From the NCBI GenBank assembly GCA_038233215.1, contig JBBSML010000005.1, positions 42,573 through 106,572 of the forward strand: 64,000 nt of DNA. Reading direction: 5' to 3'. Under the pieces are notes generated by a model. It was given only the letters and a program-made list of their open reading frames with translations. It was not told the DNA's origin and made no database searches. This document shows positions 58,669 through 64,000 of this stretch, piece by piece (positions within the stretch are counted from its first letter, which is position 1; the number at the start of each line of letters is the position of its first letter). The stretch is from Candidatus Limnocylindria bacterium. GTDB taxonomy: Bacteria; Chloroflexota; Limnocylindria; QHBO01. The position numbers were made by a program, and so were the translations under genes.

Positions 58669-59871
58669 GTGCGCGCGCTGTTCCTCACCAACGAATTTCC
58701 TCCGTCCGTTTACGGCGGAGCCGGCGTCCATGTCGACGAGCTCACGCGGCACCTCCGGTCTCTCATGGAGCTCGATATCCGCACCTTCGGGACGCAGGCC
58801 AGCGCCGGGCCCGGCTGGCGAGCTCAGGGATATCCGCCTGCCCATGATCTCTCGGACGCCGACGATCGCCTCCGGTCGGTGTTCGACGCGCTCTCGCGCG
58901 ACCTTGCCATGGTCGCTCACCCCGTTCACGCCGATGTAGTGCATGCGCACACCTGGTACACGCACCTCGCCGGCGTGCTCGCGCGCCTGGCGTACGGCAT
59001 TCCGCTGCTCGTCACCGTTCACTCGCTGGAACCTCTGCGCCCGTGGAAGCGTGAGCAGCTCGGCGGTGGATATGACGTGAGCTCCTGGATCGAGCGCACC
59101 GCGCTGGAGGCGGCCGATGCCGTCATTGCCGTCAGCCGCGAGACGCGGGAGGATGTATTGCGACTCTTCGACGTTCCGACGGAGCGCGTGCACGTCATCC
59201 ACAACGGGATCGATGCCGAGTTCTATCAGCCAGACCCTGCGATGTCGGCGCTCGAGCGCCACGGCATCGATCCGGCCGTACCGTACGTGTTATTCGTCGG
59301 TCGCATCACGAGACAGAAGGGGATCGTGCACCTCGTCCGCGCGATCCGGCACCTCGATCCGGGCATCGGCGTGGTGCTGTGCGCCGGCCAGCCGGACACT
59401 CCGCAGATTGCCGCGGAGATGCAGGCCGGGGTGGCGGCCGCGCAGGCTGAGCGGCCGAACGTCGTCTGGATCGGCGAGATGGTCAGCCGCGAGGAGGCGC
59501 GTCAGCTCTATTCGCACGCCGCAGTGTTCTGTTGCCCATCGGTCTATGAGCCGTTCGGGATCATCAACCTGGAGGCGGCCGCCTGCGAAACGCCGGTGGT
59601 GGCGTCGGCGGTGGGGGGCATTCCTGAGGTGGTGGTGGACGGCGAGACGGGGCTCCTGGTCCCGGTCGACCTCTCGGTGAACGATCCGATGTCGCCGGTC
59701 GACCCTGACCGCTTCGAGAGGAACCTGGCCGGTGCCATCAATGCCCTCATGGCCGATGCCAGCGCCCGCGAGGAGATGGGCCGCGGCGCCCGCCGTCGCG
59801 CGGTCGAGCGGTTCAGCTGGACCCGGATCGCCATGGAGACCGTCGACCTGTACCAGTCCGTGGTCCGGTGA
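58669..59871 (+). CDS. GT4 glycosyltransferase (Corynebacterium-type GlgA-like alpha-glucosyltransferase)
   Basis: N-terminus LFLTNEFPPSVYGGAGVHV and the C-terminal GT-B EX7E region. Confidence 0.75.
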   Translation: MRALFLTNEFPPSVYGGAGVHVDELTRHLRSLMELDIRTFGTQASAGPGWRAQGYPPAHDLSDADDRLRSVFDALSRDLAMVAHPVHADVVHAHTWYTHLAGVLARLAYGIPLLVTVHSLEPLRPWKREQLGGGYDVSSWIERTALEAADAVIAVSRETREDVLRLFDVPTERVHVIHNGIDAEFYQPDPAMSALERHGIDPAVPYVLFVGRITRQKGIVHLVRAIRHLDPGIGVVLCAGQPDTPQIAAEMQAGVAAAQAERPNVVWIGEMVSREEARQLYSHAAVFCCPSVYEPFGIINLEAAACETPVVASAVGGIPEVVVDGETGLLVPVDLSVNDPMSPVDPDRFERNLAGAINALMADASAREEMGRGARRRAVERFSWTRIAMETVDLYQSVVR

Positions 59872-59964
59872 TTCGGGTCGGGCGGACGCCGCCGCGCCGC
59901 AACGTCCCTCTCCCTTGTCACCGCGAAGAGGTAACTGTCGCGCCGTGTTCGATAGGATGCCGCA

Positions 59965-60363
59965 GTGACCGCATCGCTTCCGGTTCCTCGGGTACCCGCT
60001 CCAACGGAGGGCGTGCTGTCGATCCTGCGGGCCGAGTCGATGGTCCTCTTCATCGCCGGCGTGCTGCTCTATCTCCAGCTGAACGGCAATGCCCTGTGGC
60101 TGCTGCCGCTGCTCCTTGCACCGGATTTCTCGATGATTGGCTACCTTCGGGGCTCGCGACTCGGCGCGATCACCTATAACCTCGTGCATAACCTGGCGAC
60201 GGCACTGATCGTCCTGGCTATCGGTTGGTTCGCTGCAATCGCACCGCTTGCTCTGGCGGGCGCCATCCTCGTCGCGCACGTCGGGATGGACCGATCCCTC
60301 GGCTACGGACTCAAGCTGCCGACCGATTTCAAGGACACGCACCTGGGACGCATCGGCCGATAA
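59965..60363 (+). CDS. DUF4260-like small membrane protein
   Basis: 4-TM hydrophobic protein of 132 aa. Confidence 0.45.
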   Translation: MTASLPVPRVPAPTEGVLSILRAESMVLFIAGVLLYLQLNGNALWLLPLLLAPDFSMIGYLRGSRLGAITYNLVHNLATALIVLAIGWFAAIAPLALAGAILVAHVGMDRSLGYGLKLPTDFKDTHLGRIGR

Positions 60364-60370
60364 TGGACCG

Positions 60371-61894
60371 ATGAGCGTGGGAACCGAGGAAGGCGAGCTT
60401 GCCTATCGCACGGCGCTGCTCCAGGCGCAGATGGAAGCCTCGATCGACGGGCTGCTCGTGGTCGACCCGGGCGGCCGGATGACTGCGTTCAACCAGCGAT
60501 TCGCCGAGATCTGGGGCATGCCCGATGACGTGATGGCCAGCGGATCCGACGATGCGGCCCTCCAATTTGCGATGAGCCGGCTTTCGGACCCGGACGAGTT
60601 CATCCGGCGCGTTCAGGAACTGTACGCGGGACGCGGCTCGGGCCGCGACGAGATCCGCTTTAGTGACGGTCAGCTATTCGAGCGCTTCGGGCGACCGGTC
60701 GTCGGCGAGGATGGCACGTACTACGGCTATCTGTGGTCGTTTCGGGATCGAACCCAGCATGAGCGGGCGGCTGCCGAGCAGCGCGCCACCGCCGCAGCCC
60801 TGGTCGAGGCGGACCGGCGCAAGGATGAGTTCATGGCCGTGCTCGCCCACGAGCTGCGCAATCCGCTGGAGCGCGGCGTGGCGGAGGACCTGCAGGTTCG
60901 AATGGCCGGCATCATCGGTCGACAGATGCGCCACATGTCCAGGCTCGTCGACGACCTCCTCGACGTTTCGCGGATCAGCAGCGGGAAGATCGACCTGCGA
61001 CCCGAGCCGGTGGACCTCAGCGCGTTGGTGCGCGTCGCGGTCGAGGACAACCGGGCGACCATCGAGCGCGGGGGTCGGCGCGTATCGGCGGACATTCCGT
61101 CAACGCGCCTCATGGTTCGTGGCGACCCGGTTCGCCTCAGCCAGATCATCGAGAATCTGCTCGTCAATGCCGCGCGCTACACGAACGACAACGGGCGCGT
61201 GGAGGTCGTGCTGACGAATGACGATGACGCCGCCCTGCTCCTCGTGCGAGACGACGGCGTCGGTATCGATCCGGCCTTTTTGCCGCGGATGTTCGAGCCG
61301 TTCGCGCAGGCTGAAAATGACGCAGATCGGCGAGGTGGCGGCCTGGGGCTCGGTCTCGCGCTCGTTCGAGGACTCGTGGAGCTGCATGGAGGAACCGTGG
61401 AGGCATCCAGCGACGGTCCGGGGCAGGGCGCCCAGTTCCGGGTTGCACTGCCACTCATGGATCCGGTTGCGGCCGATGGCCGGCCCGGTCCGGAACCACC
61501 AGAGAGAATTCGGGCTCGCATTCCGCGGCGCGTGCTCGTGGTAGACGACAACGTGGATCTGGCCGATGTGCTGAAGCTCGTCCTCGAAGATGCCGGTCAC
61601 GAAGTCCAGATTGCCCAGTCGGCGGCTTCCGCGCTCGCGCTTGCTCGACAGGCGCCGCCCGACATCGTGCTTTGCGACCTCGGCCTGGTGGGGGTCAGCG
61701 GGCACGAGGTGGCTCGTGAGTTGCGCCACGCCGATGCCACGCGCCACGTTCGCCTCGTGGCGCTGACCGGGTACGGACGGTCAGAGGATCGGGATGAGGC
61801 GCTCGCGGCCGGCTTCAACGAGCACCTCATCAAGCCGGTGCCGATCGATCGTTTGCTGACCGTCATCGAGGGCGCGACCGAGGAGATTTCGTGA
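60371..61894 (+). CDS. Hybrid sensor histidine kinase (PAS - HisKA - HATPase - REC)
   Basis: H-box FMAVLAHELRNPL, G-boxes (GGGLGLGLALV), and a C-terminal REC (VLVVDDN ... VLCDLGL ... LTGY ... IKP). Confidence 0.8.
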   Translation: MSVGTEEGELAYRTALLQAQMEASIDGLLVVDPGGRMTAFNQRFAEIWGMPDDVMASGSDDAALQFAMSRLSDPDEFIRRVQELYAGRGSGRDEIRFSDGQLFERFGRPVVGEDGTYYGYLWSFRDRTQHERAAAEQRATAAALVEADRRKDEFMAVLAHELRNPLERGVAEDLQVRMAGIIGRQMRHMSRLVDDLLDVSRISSGKIDLRPEPVDLSALVRVAVEDNRATIERGGRRVSADIPSTRLMVRGDPVRLSQIIENLLVNAARYTNDNGRVEVVLTNDDDAALLLVRDDGVGIDPAFLPRMFEPFAQAENDADRRGGGLGLGLALVRGLVELHGGTVEASSDGPGQGAQFRVALPLMDPVAADGRPGPEPPERIRARIPRRVLVVDDNVDLADVLKLVLEDAGHEVQIAQSAASALALARQAPPDIVLCDLGLVGVSGHEVARELRHADATRHVRLVALTGYGRSEDRDEALAAGFNEHLIKPVPIDRLLTVIEGATEEIS

Positions 61895-63285
61895 TGCACG
61901 CACATGCGGCGCCGCTCAGCCGACGACGCCTGCTACAGCTGGGGGCAGTCGCTTCAGCGGCTGGCCTGGCCGCCTGCACGACGCCGATCCCATCGCTCAT
62001 GCCGCGTCCATCGGCCAGCGCGAGACCGGCGGAAACCCGAACTCCCGGTCCGTCGCGGACACCGGATCCGACACCGATTCCTACTCGCAGGCCGTCGACC
62101 GGACGCATCCTCTATCGCGATGGCGCGCTCGCCGATGGGCGATCGGCCACGCTTCGTCGTAACGTCAGCATCCTCGTCGAGGAAGGCCGTATCGCGTGGA
62201 TTCGGCCGGCCGACGGTGAGGAGGATGCGGGCGACGCGTCGGTCGTGGACTGTGCTGGGGCCACATTCGTACCCGGGATGGTGGACTGCCACAGCCATGT
62301 CACCGGGCCGGGCGGCGCGAACTGGATCGAGCGCTTCAACGATTCGCCGCAGACGCTCATGGCAGTGGCCGAAGACAACGGGCGCATCGGCCTGGCGGCA
62401 GGCATCCGCTGGATGCGGGATGTCGGATCACCGATCGGCATCGATCCGGTCGACGGCCGCGAACGCGCCCTGGCGCTGGGTGTGCGTGACCGATGGGCCG
62501 GCCGCGCCGATCGGCCATATCTCCGAGCGGCAGGCTCCTGGCTGTTCAAGCGTGGCGTGAGCCCGATGCAATCGTCCATTGAGGCGGGAACGGCGGACGA
62601 GTTGCTGGCGGCCGCCATCGGCCAACTGGACGCGGGCGCCGATCTCGTGAAGCTCTACATGGACGGGCCGGACGTCAACGTGTCGCCGTGGACGGCAGAC
62701 GAGGTCTCACGGGTGGCGGTAGCTGTGCACGGGCGCGGTGCGAGGATCGCGGCGCATTCGGGGCGGCTGAACGGAGCCCGAGAAGCGGTGCTCGGTGGCG
62801 TCGATTCGATCGAGCATGGATTCGACCTCGATGCGAGCACTGCCACCGAGATGGCGCGGCGCGGCACGACGCTGGTGAGCACGCTGGCGGTGATGCGATC
62901 GTGGCTGAGCTTCGGTGACACGACCAGCATGGAGCGCTTCGCTGGTGAGGCCGGACGTTCGGCGACCCAGGCGCGGCTTGAGCAGGGAGAGGCATCTGTC
63001 CGCATTGCGCGGGACGCTGGAGTGGCAATCGCAACCGGCAGCGACTTTGGCGGCGGATCGCTGCGCGCAAACCAGCTGGCGTGGGAGGTCACAAGCCTCG
63101 TTTCGGCCGGCGTGGAACCCGTTGAAGCGCTGGCCGCAGCCACCTGGCGCGGCGGCGAGCTCCTCGGAGAGGAAGAGGCCGGGGTCATCCGCGAGGGCGG
63201 ACGGGCCGACTTCTTCTTGGTGCACGGCGATCCTTTGTCGGATCCCGAATCGCTGTGGCGCGTCTGGCGCACAGGCTGGGAATAG
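61894..63285 (+). CDS. Amidohydrolase-family metal-dependent hydrolase, Tat/lipoprotein-exported
   Basis: AGGAG Shine-Dalgarno. RRRLLQLG twin-arginine motif and lipobox LAAC. HxH metal site (VDCHSHV). Confidence 0.7.
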   Translation: MHAHAAPLSRRRLLQLGAVASAAGLAACTTPIPSLMPRPSASARPAETRTPGPSRTPDPTPIPTRRPSTGRILYRDGALADGRSATLRRNVSILVEEGRIAWIRPADGEEDAGDASVVDCAGATFVPGMVDCHSHVTGPGGANWIERFNDSPQTLMAVAEDNGRIGLAAGIRWMRDVGSPIGIDPVDGRERALALGVRDRWAGRADRPYLRAAGSWLFKRGVSPMQSSIEAGTADELLAAAIGQLDAGADLVKLYMDGPDVNVSPWTADEVSRVAVAVHGRGARIAAHSGRLNGAREAVLGGVDSIEHGFDLDASTATEMARRGTTLVSTLAVMRSWLSFGDTTSMERFAGEAGRSATQARLEQGEASVRIARDAGVAIATGSDFGGGSLRANQLAWEVTSLVSAGVEPVEALAAATWRGGELLGEEEAGVIREGGRADFFLVHGDPLSDPESLWRVWRTGWE

Positions 63286-63297
63286 GCCGAAGCAACG

Positions 63298-64000
63298 CTA
63301 GACGTGATACGAGCGACGGGCTTCACGCTCCAGGTCGTCCCGGAAGTCTGGATGCGCGATGGCGATCAACGCCGTGGCCCGCTCGCGGATGCTGCGGCCG
63401 AAGAGCTCGGCAACGCCGTACTCGGTGACCACCGTCCGCACGTGGGCGCGGCTGGTGACGACGCCCGCACCCTCTGCCAGAACCGGCGCGATGCGCGAGA
63501 TGCTCCCGCCGGCCGCCGTCGAGGGTAGGGCGATGATCGCGCGACCCTCGGGAGCCAGGGCCGCTCCCCGCATGAAGTCCATCTGACCGCCGACGCCGGA
63601 GTAGAAGCGTGTGCCGATCGAATCGGCGCTGACCTGCCCGGTCAGGTCGATCGAGATTGCCGAGTTGATCGCCACCATGCGCCGAAAGCGACGGATGACG
63701 GAGGTGTCGTTGGTGTAGTCCACTGGGCGCATCTCGATCATCGGGTTGTCATGCACGAAGTCGTACAGGCGCTGGCTGCCCATCAGGAAGGCGGACACGA
63801 TTTTGCCGCGATTGATCTCCTTGTGTTCGCCGGTGACCGCGCCGGCTTCGACAAGATCCAGCACCGCATCGGTGAAGAGCTCGGTATGCACGCCCAGGTC
63901 GCGCTTGCCACGGAGCGCGAGACCAACCGCGGCGGGGATGGAGCCGATGCCCATCTGGATGGTTGCTCCGTCGGGCACGAGATCGCCAACGAACTCGCCG
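63298..64000 (-). CDS. Acetyl-CoA hydrolase/transferase family protein, C-terminal domain. 5'-partial: continues past the window end.
   Basis: The frame stays open to nt 64000. Family pattern GATIQMGIGSIP ... GGQMDF. Confidence 0.75.
   Translation of the reverse strand, partial: GEFVGDLVPDGATIQMGIGSIPAAVGLALRGKRDLGVHTELFTDAVLDLVEAGAVTGEHKEINRGKIVSAFLMGSQRLYDFVHDNPMIEMRPVDYTNDTSVIRRFRRMVAINSAISIDLTGQVSADSIGTRFYSGVGGQMDFMRGAALAPEGRAIIALPSTAAGGSISRIAPVLAEGAGVVTSRAHVRTVVTEYGVAELFGRSIRERATALIAIAHPDFRDDLEREARRSYHV

Overview
This is a high-GC (about 65-70%) bacterial chromosomal window. Many starts are GTG or TTG and there are many 4-nt stop/start overlaps. The gene content (two F420-type LLM oxidoreductases, MMPL/TetR, Corynebacterium-type GlgA-like GT4, DUF853 ATPase) suggests Actinobacteria, possibly Chloroflexi. 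I cannot assign a taxon from sequence alone.

Gene content in order:
- an aa3-type cytochrome oxidase operon (coxB with a fused blue-copper domain, ctaD, ctaE, subunit IV-like, TlpA) that runs on into a small TM protein, an ABC-2 exporter and a lipoprotein;
- ispG;
- a tightly coupled four-gene minus-strand operon (methyltransferase, geranylgeranyl-reductase-family flavoprotein, SRPBCC, KAS II);
- trxB coupled to an S9 peptidase;
- a DUF853/HerA-like ATPase;
- an MFS-GDPD-LLM operon;
- a TetR/MMPL divergent pair with a palindromic operator, followed by a cupredoxin lipoprotein;
- a tRNA-Gly(UCC) whose 5' half is repeated perfectly (40 bp) 1.5 kb away, flanking a sulfite-oxidase-family gene;
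- an ArsA-family ATPase / GH15 operon;
- a GGDEF-GAF protein;
- a double ABC-2 exporter with an ArsR-like regulator;
- a sugar-utilisation locus (SBP, two permeases, GH43, GH2);
- galT (apparently frameshifted) and galK;
- a YHS-CopA copper efflux pair;
- two orphan receiver proteins and a hybrid histidine kinase.

No CRISPR array, integrase, transposase or rRNA was seen. Most long ORFs in the six-frame track that run antisense to these genes are Arg/Gly/Pro-rich artefacts of the GC content.
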